64,000 nt of DNA from an uncultured Planctomycetaceae bacterium (GTDB lineage: Bacteria; Planctomycetota; Planctomycetia; Planctomycetales; Planctomycetaceae). Both the position numbers and the translations under genes were made by a program. The notes under the pieces were generated by a model. It was not told where the DNA came from. It was given only the letters and a program-made list of their open reading frames with translations, and searched no databases. Positions 40,391-50,855 of this stretch are shown piece after piece. The stretch spans positions 640,001-704,000 of the forward strand of contig CAWFGE010000015.1 of NCBI GenBank assembly GCA_963815195.1, given 5' to 3'. Numbering within the stretch: position 1 is the first letter of the stretch; each line of letters starts with the position of its first letter.

Positions 40391-41668
40391 TTAGCTTAAT
40401 AGTTCCGCAATCGTTTGGCGGGACGGATCCGCGAGGGGGATGGGGCGGCCGCCGACGTCGAAATGGTCGGTGGAATCGAGGCCGATCGCGTCGAGGTAGG
40501 TGTGGAACAGATGCCCGTGGTCCACTTGCCGATCTGCGACGGCGGTGCCGTTTTTGTTCGTCTCGCCGATGACCGCACCGGGCTGCACGCGACCGCCGCC
40601 GAGGCACACCGACCACGCGGTGCCCCAATGATCGCGGCCGTAGCGGGCGTTGATCTTGGGCGTGCGGCCGAACTCGGACATGACCACGACGAGCGTGGAT
40701 TCCAAAAGTCCCCGCTCAAAAAGGTCGCCCACCAGCGCGGAGAACGCCTGGTCGAACTCGCCGAGTTGTTCCAGGTGAAAATTGAAGTTCTCGTTGTGGG
40801 TGTCGTAGTTGGAGTGCGACACCTGCACGAAGGGGATGCCGTTCTCTAGCAGCCGGCGGGCCATCAGGCAGTGCCGGCCGAAGTCGAACTTGCCGTACTT
40901 TTCAAACTCCGCGGCGGGCTCTTTATTGACGTCGAACACGTCCCGCTGCTCCATCAGGTCGAGGGCTTGCTCGTAGTTGGAGGTATAAACGTCGGTCTCG
41001 GCCGTCCGGCGTTTGAGCGAGAAACGATCGTTGGCCTTCCGGCGGAAATCGTGGCGAAGCTGGTCGGCCTGTTCGCTGATCGAACCCGGCCGGGCGGAGT
41101 TGGCGGGCGGGTTTCCGTTCAAGGAAATGCCGTCGTACTTCGGTCCGAGATAGGCCGAGGAGTTGCGGCCGCCGCTGGGAATGTGAATATGCCCCGGCAG
41201 CGGGTTCGCGGGGATCTCCAGGGCCTTCGCGCAGACGGCCCCCAAGTGCGGGAACTGGGATCCCGGCGTTTGGTTGCGGCCGTGGGTCATTTGATACCGG
41301 CCTTTGCCGTGGTCATTGTTCTTGGTGTTGATGCTGCGGATGAGGGCGAGTTTCCCCATGTGCTTGGCCGTCTTCGGCAAGAGTTCGGAAATGTGCACGC
41401 CCGGGACCGCGGTGGGAATCGCCCGGAACGGCCCGCCGGTGTCGGTCTTGGGCTTGGGATCCCAGCTTTCAAGCTGGCTGAGTCCCCCCGACATATACAC
41501 CACCAGCACCCGTTTTTGGTCTTTCATCAATTTCTGCGTGGAAGCGGGAGCGGCCAAGGCCCCCATGCCGCCCGCGAGCAACCCGCCGGTGCCCGCAAGC
41601 ATTCCGCCCAGAAAGTTGCGACGGGCCAGGGTGTGTTCTTCGGACTGGCAAGCGTAGTCACATTTCAT
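40391..41668 (-). CDS. DUF1501 domain protein (Tat-like signal)
   Basis: ARRNFLGG; GGLSQLESWDPKP; YDTH; SEFGRTP; GRDHWG. Confidence 0.92.
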   Translation of the reverse strand: MKCDYACQSEEHTLARRNFLGGMLAGTGGLLAGGMGALAAPASTQKLMKDQKRVLVVYMSGGLSQLESWDPKPKTDTGGPFRAIPTAVPGVHISELLPKTAKHMGKLALIRSINTKNNDHGKGRYQMTHGRNQTPGSQFPHLGAVCAKALEIPANPLPGHIHIPSGGRNSSAYLGPKYDGISLNGNPPANSARPGSISEQADQLRHDFRRKANDRFSLKRRTAETDVYTSNYEQALDLMEQRDVFDVNKEPAAEFEKYGKFDFGRHCLMARRLLENGIPFVQVSHSNYDTHNENFNFHLEQLGEFDQAFSALVGDLFERGLLESTLVVVMSEFGRTPKINARYGRDHWGTAWSVCLGGGRVQPGAVIGETNKNGTAVADRQVDHGHLFHTYLDAIGLDSTDHFDVGGRPIPLADPSRQTIAELLS

Positions 41669-41767
41669 CGTTCCGTCTCCCGTCGAAAGGTGAGTGGATG
41701 GTGTATTGAAAAGTTGTTTCGTGCCTAGGCAAAACGCTACGATCGCGGAGCGATCGGCGACCGACCT

Positions 41768-44633
41768 TTAATGTTGAAACCGAAACTCGGCAGAGGTCAA
41801 TAAGGCCCAGGCCATTTCCTGGATCGCCTGGTCTCGATCCGCCTTGCGCAGATTCAAGTAATTCGTCACATCTTGGATTTCTTCTTTCGTGGGCCGGCGG
41901 GTGAGGAGGCTCAAATACAGCTCATCCGCGAATTGGTTGGAATCGGTCATCTTCCGGAGCCGGTCGGTGAGGTTCCCGCCGCTGGGACGCAGCCAGGACA
42001 GCACATCGTTTCCGTTCGCGAAGAACAACGCTTGATCGACGGTCGCGAAAAACTCGTGCTGCGGCTGGCCGGCACTCGCGGCGAACAACGGCAGGAATCG
42101 CCCCACCAGCCCCTTGAGTTTCGATTGCACCGTTTGCTCGATGAACTCCGCCCGCTCCGCCTGTTGCTCCGGCGCGAGTTCCTTCTTCGCGAGGTCGGCG
42201 TGTTGTTTGTTCCACGCGGCGAGAGCCGCGGCTTGCTGCTGCTCCACCTGGCCCACCGCTTCTAAAACGCTCCAAGCGAGTTGCTCGGGCGAGAGGTGTT
42301 CCAGATTCGCCACGCGAAAATGCTTCGTCCAGGTTTCCGCCAATTGGATATCCGTCTGCTCGAACGCGCCCTCGGCTTTCGCAAGTTGGGCTTGCAAGTT
42401 CCTTCTGCCGAGCTTTTAGAGCCGAGGCATTCGCCTGCGATTGCTTGAGCGCGGCTTCGGTTTCTTTGGCCGCCTTTTCGACGCTCGCCAAGTCGGCCGC
42501 GGTTTCCTTGGCCGACGATTCCAACTTCAAAACCTCATCGCCCAACGAGCTTTGTTCCTGGGTTTGAGACTCCCGCGCCGATTGCAACTCTTCCACCACG
42601 GCGGCGAGTTGTTTGTCTTCGGGAAGTTGTTTTTGGGCGGCTTGGACTTGGGCCAAAGCCTCCGCCACCAACCGAGAGGCTTGCGTGTGATTGTTGAGTG
42701 ATTCTTTCTTCGCTGCCAATGATGCCTGCGTTTCGCTGCGAGCTTTTTGAACCGCGGCCAACTGCATTTTCCGCTTCGCCAGTTCATCCACCTGAGTGGC
42801 GGTGTCCGCTTGAGCCGCCGTGAGTTCCGCTTGCAGCGACTGCACCTTCGAACGCTCGGCTTGCAGGTTTTGCGACGTCTCCGCGTAGTCCAACAGCAAC
42901 TTCAACCGCTCCAATTTCCGCCCCGCCGCCTCGGCGGCGAGGAGTGCGGACTTTTTCTTGTCGCGGGCCGCTTGATAGTCGGCCTCCGACTTCTTGGTGG
43001 CCGCTTCAATCTTCGCCAACTCAGCTTGCGTTTGTTGTGATTGCTGCTTCACCTTAGCGAGTTCGGTTTCCGCCGTCTTCGCGGCCGCGGCTTGTTGATC
43101 GAATTCTTTTTGCACCGCGGCGGCTTGATTGACCCACGCCTGCGATTGGGCGCTGACGGCCAACGCAGACTCCGCTAGCGCTTTATCACCCGGCAGTTTT
43201 TGAGTGGCGAGGTTCGCTTGTTTCGCGGCTTCGGCGAGCAGGTTCGCGATCTCTTTTTTGGCCGTGAGATTAGCTTGCAGGTTCGCGAGCGCAGCTTGCG
43301 CTTCCGTGTGTTTCTTCTCGGCCGCGGCGAGTTGGGTTTGGAAAGTTTTCGATTTCTCGGCGAGCGGTTTCGCGGTTTCGCGATGCCTCTTGAGCGTTTC
43401 GTCGAGTTGCTCGATGGGCTTCGTGAAACTCTCCGCTTGTTGCTGATGGCGGGATTGCTCGGCTTCGATCTTGGGAAGCTCTTCGCGGGCGAGGCGGATG
43501 TTTTCCGCGAGCGACTCGGGCATGCGGAACGAACGCTGATAAGTCTTGGACAGCGCGATTTCCTTCAACATACCTTTGGTGTCGAACTTCATCGCCGCGA
43601 ACCGCTTCGCAAGCAAATCCAAAAGCTCCGGCGACGCGGGCGGGTTTTCCGCGTGGTGCAGATCGACCGGATTGACCAGGCCTTGGCCCATCATCACGGC
43701 CCACAGCCGATTGGCGATATTCTTGTTGAAGTAGTCGTTGGTGCCTGCCGTCGCGAGTTCCGCGAACTTTTCCCGCCGGCTGTACTTGGGCACGGGGCGG
43801 ACGTTTTTGGCGGGCTTGACCTGATACTCTTCGCCCTTTTTGAATGTCGGTTCGGCGATTTCCTTTTCTCCGGGAAGCCGGGGCCGGGTCTCGCCTTCGT
43901 AGCCTGTGAACACGGATTTGAACTTCACCACGCCCTCGGCTTTTTCCGCGATGACGGCGGGCTTTTTCTTGTCAGGCTGGAAGATGGAGCTGCGGTCGAG
44001 AAACGCCAGGAGGCCGTAGTATTCCGACTGCTCGTAATCGGAAATCAGCGGGTGGTCGTGGCATTGGGCGCATTCGATGTCGCGGCCGAAGAATACGCGG
44101 GCCGTGTCGCGGGTGACGAGGTTCACCGCCATCTCGTCCCGGTCCATGTAGAACTTGGCCGCCGGCCGCTGTTTCGGATCGACGCCGTCGGCGGCGAGAA
44201 TTTCGCGGGCCAGGACGTTGTAGGGCTTGTTCTGTTTCATGGAGGCGAGCAGAAACGCGTCCCACTCCGCGCTTTTGATGTATTTGTCGCCCCGGCGTTC
44301 CATGAACATGATGTCGAACACCGTCGCCAATCGCCGATCGCAGGCCGGGCTTTGGAGAAGCTCTTCAATCAACTTTTGGCGTTTGTCGGGCGATGGGTCT
44401 TCCAGGAATTTCCGAGCCGCGTCTGCGGAAGGAATCCGACCGGTCAGGTCCAAATAAATCCGACGCAAAAACTCCGCATCGCTCGATTCCGGCGCGGACG
44501 GTCCGAGTTGGGACTTCGCAAGCACGGCGTCGATCTGTTCGTGCAGCGGCTCTTCCGCCGAGATGTTCCCGGCGAAAAGTCCCAGCAAACAAATCACGGC
44601 AATCCAAAGGCGGGAACGGTATGGACACATCAT
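41768..44633 (-). CDS. DUF1549/DUF1553 protein with a long coiled-coil insertion, frameshift near 42395
   Basis: FLRRIYLDLTGRIP, CAQCHDHP, NRLWAVMMGQGLV; about 400 aa of Ala/Glu/Lys/Gln heptads; WALLTSAEFRFQH end in ORF 41768..42397. Confidence 0.88.
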
Positions 44634-44910
44634 GCAGATACCGGCGGGCTAAGGGAGGCGGGAAGGCGGGCAAATCATCAAAACCAACTGATATGTTAGA
44701 GGCTCCATCCGTTCCCCACAAGAGAAACCACGGAAATCAGCGACGATGAATGGAACATCGGATCACGTTTCTGTCAAATCCTAATGTCCAATAAATGACC
44801 AATGCCAAAGCCAATTGGACGGGGCGGATTCGGTTTGCGTAGAATACCCATAGCAGCGCGGCGTTCGTTTGTTGCGTGTCTCGCCTCTCGTTGAACCCAG
44901 GAGAAGAATC

Positions 44911-46382
44911 ATGTCGAGCGCTCTGGAAACGGTTTCGGCCCCGAAAATCAAGCACACGGAATGTTTCATCGATGGCAAGTGGCAGCCCGCCCAAAGCGGC
45001 AAGACCTTCGAGACGATCAACCCCGCCACGGAGGAAGTCCTCGCCAACGTCGCGGAAGGCGATGCCGCGGACGTGGAACTGGCGGTGAAGGCGGCCCGCA
45101 AAGCCTTCGAGGACAGCCCGTGGAGCCGGATGGACGCCCGCGAGCGCGGCCGATTGATGCATCGTCTGGCCGATTTGCTGGAAGAGGAAATTGACGAACT
45201 GGCCGCCCTCGAAACTTTGGACAACGGCAAGCCCGTTAAAGATGCCAGGGCGCCGACTTGCCGCTGACGATCGATTGCCTCAGGTATTACGCGGGGTTTG
45301 CGGATAAGATTCACGGGCAAACGATTCCGGTTCGCGGGAACTATTTCACCTATACCCGGCGGGAACCGGTGGGCGTCGTGGGGCAGATCATTCCCTGGAA
45401 CTTTCCGATGCTGATGGCCGCCTGGAAATGGGGGCCGGCCCTCGCGGCGGGTTGCACGATCGTGATGAAGCCCGCCGAGCAAACGCCGCTGACGTGCCTG
45501 CGCATGGCGCATCTCGCCCAAGAAGCCGGGATTCCCGACGGGGTGATCAATGTTGTTCCCGGTTATGGCCCCACCGCGGGGGCGGCGATCGTGAAACATC
45601 CCGACGTGGATAAGGTCGCCTTCACCGGCGAATACAAGACGGCCCAGATCATCATGCAGGATGCCGCCCCGACGTTAAAACGCTTGACGTTCGAGTTGGG
45701 CGGGAAAAGTCCGAACGTGATCTTCAGCGATGCCGACCTGGACGCCGCCGCGACCGGTTCGCACTTCGGATTGTATTTCAATCAAGGCCAATGCTGCTGT
45801 GCCGGGAGCCGGGTGTTTGTCGAGGAAAAAATCCACGATGCCTTCGTGGAAAAAGTCGCGGGCATGAACCGCCAATGCAAGATCGGCAATCCGCTGGATC
45901 GGCAAACCACACAGGGCCCGCAGGTCGATCAGGCCCAGTTTGACAAGATTCTGAAATACATCGAACTCGGCAAAAAGGAAGGAGCCGAGTGCGTCACTGG
46001 CGGCCGGCGGAGCGGCGAGCGGGGCTACTTTATCGAGCCCACATTGTTTGACAACGTAAGCGATGAAATGTCGATCGCCACGGATGAGATCTTCGGCCCC
46101 GTCATGTCCGTGCTCAAATTCAAGGACGTGGACGAGATGATCCAGCGGGCCAATAACACCTATTACGGTCTGGCCGCCGCCGTGTGGACCCGCGACATCG
46201 CCAAGGCGCACAACTTCGCCAAGAAGGTCAAGGCCGGCACCATCTGGGTGAATTGCTACGATGTGTTCGACGCCGCCGCCCCCTTTGGCGGCTTCAAGAT
46301 GTCGGGCATGGGCCGGGAACTGGGCGAAGAAGGCCTGCGGGCATATACGGAAACCAAGACCGTTACGATTTCGCTCGATTGA
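44911..46382 (+). CDS. NAD-dependent aldehyde dehydrogenase (ALDH1/2-like), frameshift near 45255
   Basis: [47 protein letters not shown]. Confidence 0.93.
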
Positions 46383-46588
46383 AACACAGCCGCGTTAAGC
46401 TGCGGAATACAGCCGCCGGTTCGCGAACGTCGAACAGTCCGTAGTTAGGCAAGAAGTCAAGTTTTAATTCGTAACTTACGGTGAATCCAGGACTTACGAT
46501 TTTAACCCTCAAGGAAGGTGCAGCACCGAAACGACCCCCGAACTACCCCGCAAAGGGGTAAAGGTGCTGCACTATGTCCAGGCACGGA

Positions 46589-47105
46589 CTACGGTTTGTT
46601 CCGAGAAACTATTTTCTCTGCTTGGCGGCGAAGGATTTCCGGGATTAACCAATCGTGTCGCACGGACTCGCCGCTCAAGAGCGTGCGGCCGTCGAGAGTT
46701 CCTTCGGCCGTCCATGTCAGGCTGCCACCCTTGGCCATATTTTTCTTGAGGTCGTCCAACAGTTTTCGGGCCTCGGATGAATTGCCTTGTAATGCCTTGA
46801 GGAGCGCCTGCACCGACTGGGTACAAGCTGCAGGCGCCGAGTCCGGCGGGTCGCCAGCCTGCTTGAGCAATTGGAACGACTCGTCGGCAGTGCGGTGCCA
46901 GGTCGAAATCGCCCGATCGGCAGGCCGCCCGGGCCTCTTTCAAGAATCGCTGCCGCCGGTCTGGATCAGCAGCCAGCTCCGCCGGCAGGAACTTGACGGC
47001 CGCCTTGCGTTCCAACCGCGTGTCCTCGGCCAGAAACACTTCCCCCATACCGCCCGCGCCAACCTTGGCGACGATGCGATAATGCCCGACCGACTTTCCG
47101 ATCAT
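46589..47105 (-). pseudogene. Ser/Thr kinase remnant (N-lobe joined out of frame to a helical C-terminal piece)
   Basis: [40 protein letters not shown]...RFLKEARAA, after which kinase similarity ends. Confidence 0.75.
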
Positions 47106-47355
47106 GTTGCTGATTCCTGGGACTCGTCCGAACGAACCGTCCTGAAATGGACACACTAGGCTACCTGCGGACTCGCCGATTTTCCAGTCCCGCGCGATTT
47201 TGAATTTGCGAATGGAGTTGGCTAAAAGCGGTCGATATTGTGCAAGCCGAACTCTTTGTCGTACGAACCCACACGGGTGTGGCTGTCGTCGGACCGCCAC
47301 CACGGGATCGCCAAATCCCGTGCCCGACCTTGCGTGCACAGGACGAACCGCCCTG

Positions 47356-48063
47356 GTGAATCAGTCCCTGCAGATGGGCGGCGGAAAGACCGGCGGCGAT
47401 TTGATGAGCGATGCGGAGGATTTCTTTCAATTCCAGAGGACCATCACGGTCGATCTTTTCTTGGAGCGACAGGCCATCGACGTACTCCATGACCAGATAA
47501 CGAAGGTTCTTTCCCCCTTGATGGCTGCACTCCTCGACGGCATGGATGGTTACGACATGATCATGGCTCACGGCGGCGGCGGCCTGTGCCTCTTTGGAGA
47601 ATCTCGTACGGGCGGTCGCATTCGAGGCCAATTCCGGTGCCAAAATCTTGACCGCGACAATGCGATTCAGCTTGGTATCATGCCCCTTAAGGACAATCCC
47701 CATCCCACCACGCCCCACAGATTCCAAAATCTCATATTGGCCGAGCCGACGTTGAGAGCCTTCTTTTTCCGACGGGGCAAGTAAATCAAGAGGAATCTCG
47801 GGCTTCTCCAAGAACGTCTTGCAATCCTCGGCATTTGGATCAGTGTTGGTGCCGGCGAAAACCTGCGTTGGTACGTCCCCCAACGCAGGACGTTCCAAAA
47901 AACTGCCCGCCTGGTCGTAAGCAAGCAGGAGACCTTCGACCTCGGTCCTCAAATCCAGATCAGGACCACATTCCGCGTCGAGCAATCGGACCCGCTTTTC
48001 TGGACTTTCTAATTCGATGAGGCGGTCGAAAAAAGCTTTGGCAGAATCTTCGCAAGGATTCAT
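47356..48063 (-). pseudogene. truncated planctomycete-type Ser/Thr protein kinase
   Basis: GRGGMGIV, VAVK, LVMEYVDG; breaks at GLIH, so no HRD or DFG motif. Confidence 0.8.
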
Positions 48064-48446
48064 GGTCGCTTCCTTTAGTTCGACACGCTTGGTGTGCACC
48101 GTTGAAACTCGGTTCGCGAACGTCGAACCGGCGGCTGTTTCGCTTCCGCTGCGCCGGACACCAAAGCTTGTGGGTGTTGTGCACATCTTTTGCCTCGACC
48201 GATTCCCCAGGCCTCTCGGGAATTCGCCCCACGTCTTCCCGGCACTTGACGGGAATCAGATCGCGGCCCGACCCTGATTTTTTCGGCCCGTGGAGACTCC
48301 TAAACTGACGATAACACCGCACCGAACTTGGTGAATCGCGAATTGTGATCGTGATCCACATGGAGTGAGCACTCTCGGAAATCCGTGATTTTTCCGGACA
48401 AGCCCGCTCCGCCGAATTTTGTTTTACTCGAAGAGACAGGAGAACA

Positions 48447-49205
48447 ATGATGCAAAAACGGACCAACGGATCTCTGTGGCTTGGACTGGCAATGGGAGCC
48501 ATGCTCTTGACGGCAAGTCAAGCCTTCGCTTGTCAAAACGCCAATGATCAGGCTCAAGTCCAGAGCAAACAGAACCAGAACACACCCCAAAACCAAGCCA
48601 ATCAGGCAACGACCCAAAACCAAAACCAGATCCAGCGGGGGCAGTCTGGTTTTCGGGGAACGAACAACCAGGCGACGCCGTGGTTGGGCGTTTTGCTGCA
48701 GGAAAAACAAACAGGTCAAGCCGGCGAACCCGGTCAAAATGAAAATGAACAAGGCGTGCGTGTGCTCCGCACTTACCCCAGTGGCCCCGCCGCCCGCGCG
48801 GGAGTTTTTTCCGGCGACCAAATCCTCCAAATTGACGGCAAAGAGGTGGACTCGGCCGACGACGTCGCCCAGGTGATTTCCTCGGACAAGCCGAATCAGC
48901 AAATCACCCTGACGGTGCTGCGCAACGGCGAACAGCAACAGCTCAACGCGACCTTGGCCGACCGCGGCGATTTCATTCCCAACCAGCCCACGCAAGGCCA
49001 AGGCAACAACCTTGACGACAACAGCCAGGACCATTTCTCCAATGTTCCCGGGCACGCCATGATGCTCGAACAGCACCGCCACTTCGCAGAGCAGCATCAG
49101 CGGATTGAGCAGAAACTCGACCAACTATTGAAGGAAGTGAATCAACTCCAGAAGCGATTGGACCAGGTCCAAGGCCAAGGCCAAACCGAAGGCGCCGAAA
49201 AATAA
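48447..49205 (+). CDS. secreted PDZ-domain protein with Gln/Asn-rich segments and a C-terminal coiled coil
   Basis: AGGAG RBS, signal peptide, PWLGV, GPAARAGVFSGDQILQIDG, LTVLRNG. Confidence 0.85.
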   Translation: MMQKRTNGSLWLGLAMGAMLLTASQAFACQNANDQAQVQSKQNQNTPQNQANQATTQNQNQIQRGQSGFRGTNNQATPWLGVLLQEKQTGQAGEPGQNENEQGVRVLRTYPSGPAARAGVFSGDQILQIDGKEVDSADDVAQVISSDKPNQQITLTVLRNGEQQQLNATLADRGDFIPNQPTQGQGNNLDDNSQDHFSNVPGHAMMLEQHRHFAEQHQRIEQKLDQLLKEVNQLQKRLDQVQGQGQTEGAEK

Positions 49206-49410
49206 ATTCACCGATCGCCGTCCGCAAATCGATCCTTTGGATCATTCGCTGACATTTAAGCCAGGGTGTTCGGCCCGGAAGCGTTTTCTTTGCGGAACGC
49301 CCAGGAACGCGTCACTGAGCCGCGGAGGACTTTTTCATCTTCCGCGCGCGGTGCGCCGTGTAATCTCGTTTGTTTCAATGGATTCTTATGACGAAAAGGA
49401 GCAGTCGATT

Positions 49411-49929
49411 ATGACGATGTTTTCAGGATTCCGAAATCTGATGCTGTGTGCGGCCGTGGGGGCTTGTGCTTTGATGCCTTCCTCAAAACCGGCGCAGGCA
49501 CAGACCGCGGGAGCTGGCGGAACCGCCGGCGCTGCCACCGCCGGTAGGGCGGCAGATACCGTTGCCAATGCGGCCGCCAATACCGCCGCGAATGCATTGA
49601 CCGGCAGGACGCGTAATAACGGCTACTGGTCGAATTACTGGAACTGGTATGACGGAAGTTACCGTCCTTACTGGAACCGCTCCAGCAACTATAACCCCGG
49701 TTACAGCCCGAACTATCGATACGGCACGGGCTACAACGGCTATAATGGCTTCAACAATATGGGTGCCAATGGTTATAACGGCTATAACGGCTATAACAAC
49801 ATGGGTACCAACGGCTATAATGGCAATATGGGTTATGGGACTGGCTATGGCACCAATGGCTTTGGTTACTATAACACGCCTTACGGTCATAGCGTGCAAC
49901 TCGGCGGCAGGTCGATCAACTGGCGCTAA
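49411..49929 (+). CDS. secreted Tyr/Gly/Asn-rich low-complexity protein (paralog 1)
   Basis: AAGGAG RBS, signal peptide PAQA|Q, YWSNYWNWYDGSYRPYWNR, (GYN)n, ends SVQLGGRSINWR. Confidence 0.8.
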   Translation: MTMFSGFRNLMLCAAVGACALMPSSKPAQAQTAGAGGTAGAATAGRAADTVANAAANTAANALTGRTRNNGYWSNYWNWYDGSYRPYWNRSSNYNPGYSPNYRYGTGYNGYNGFNNMGANGYNGYNGYNNMGTNGYNGNMGYGTGYGTNGFGYYNTPYGHSVQLGGRSINWR

Positions 49930-49988
49930 AGACCAAGAAAACCACAGCCGTTCCGCGGCGGGCGAAGCCGGAAGCCGCCGTTGGGGTT

Positions 49989-50014
49989 ATGCCCGCGGAG
50001 ATCTCCGCGGGCAT
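49989..50014. other. perfect 26-bp palindrome
   Basis: ATGCCCGCGGAGATCTCCGCGGGCAT, downstream of paralog 1. Confidence 0.8.
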
Positions 50015-50333
50015 GATTTCCCATGACGGCGGTGAATCTCGGCGACTCCAGCCAAGAGGCCACGGTTGACAACGACAATTCCGTATTGCGTGGTGTGTCA
50101 CAGGTCCTAGGCCCACGGGCACGCCGCACCGTTTGTCGCCGCCTATCAATGGGGAGCCGGTCTTCCGAAGCTGGACCCGGTACCGAAGGAATTGGGAGAA
50201 ATTGCGAAAGGAGCCCGTCCAGACAGGAAGCATGGCACATCGAACATGATGGAGTCTTCCGAGGCACGGACTCGCCCCGGATCTGGCAGCGAATTTCCAT
50301 TTCTCTTTCAATTCACTAACGGAGAACCTGACA

Positions 50334-50724
50334 ATGTTATCCTTATTAAGAAAACTGATGCTGATCGCCGTCGTGGGAGCCGGGGCTTTCGCGCTCGCGC
50401 CTCAACCCGCGCAGGCGCGGCTACTGGTCCAACTATTGGAACTGGTACGACGGCACCTACCGCCCCTATTGGAACCGCGGCTATCGCCAGTACGGGTATA
50501 CCTATAACCCGTATTACGGCTACGGCTATGGGAACAACAGCCTATATGGGCGGAGCGGCTATCCGTATTACAACGGTTACAACGGTTACAACAGCTACTA
50601 CGGCTACGGGTCTCCCTATGGCGGCGCGTATTATCCTTACTCCGGCGGGTATTATGGCGGTCATGCTCTCGGGGGGCCCCACAACAGCTTACAGCTTGGC
50701 GGGCTGCACTTTGACTGGCGTTAA
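50334..50724 (+). CDS. secreted Tyr/Gly/Asn-rich protein (paralog 2; frameshift near 50418; not in ORF track)
   Basis: GGAG RBS, MLSLLRKLMLIAVVGAGAFALAPQPAQA, then after a frame change GYWSNYWNWYDGTYRPYWNR...SLQLGGLHFDWR-TAA. Confidence 0.75.
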
Positions 50725-50855
50725 GCCAGCCCGGGAAATCGCCCTAGAACGCTCAATAAACGGAGAACTGACGCCCATAAAACAACAGAGGCCGGCAAAC
50801 CCGCCATCGTGCTCGGTTCGCCGGCCTTTGATGTTTTCGGTCGTCAAAACGGGGT

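Larger units (their letters stand above)
46417..48128. mobile_element. decayed integrated islet bounded by 19-bp direct repeats
   Basis: CGGTTCGCGAACGTCGAAC at 46417..46435 and 48110..48128; interior holds only kinase fragments and is more AT-rich. Confidence 0.7.
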
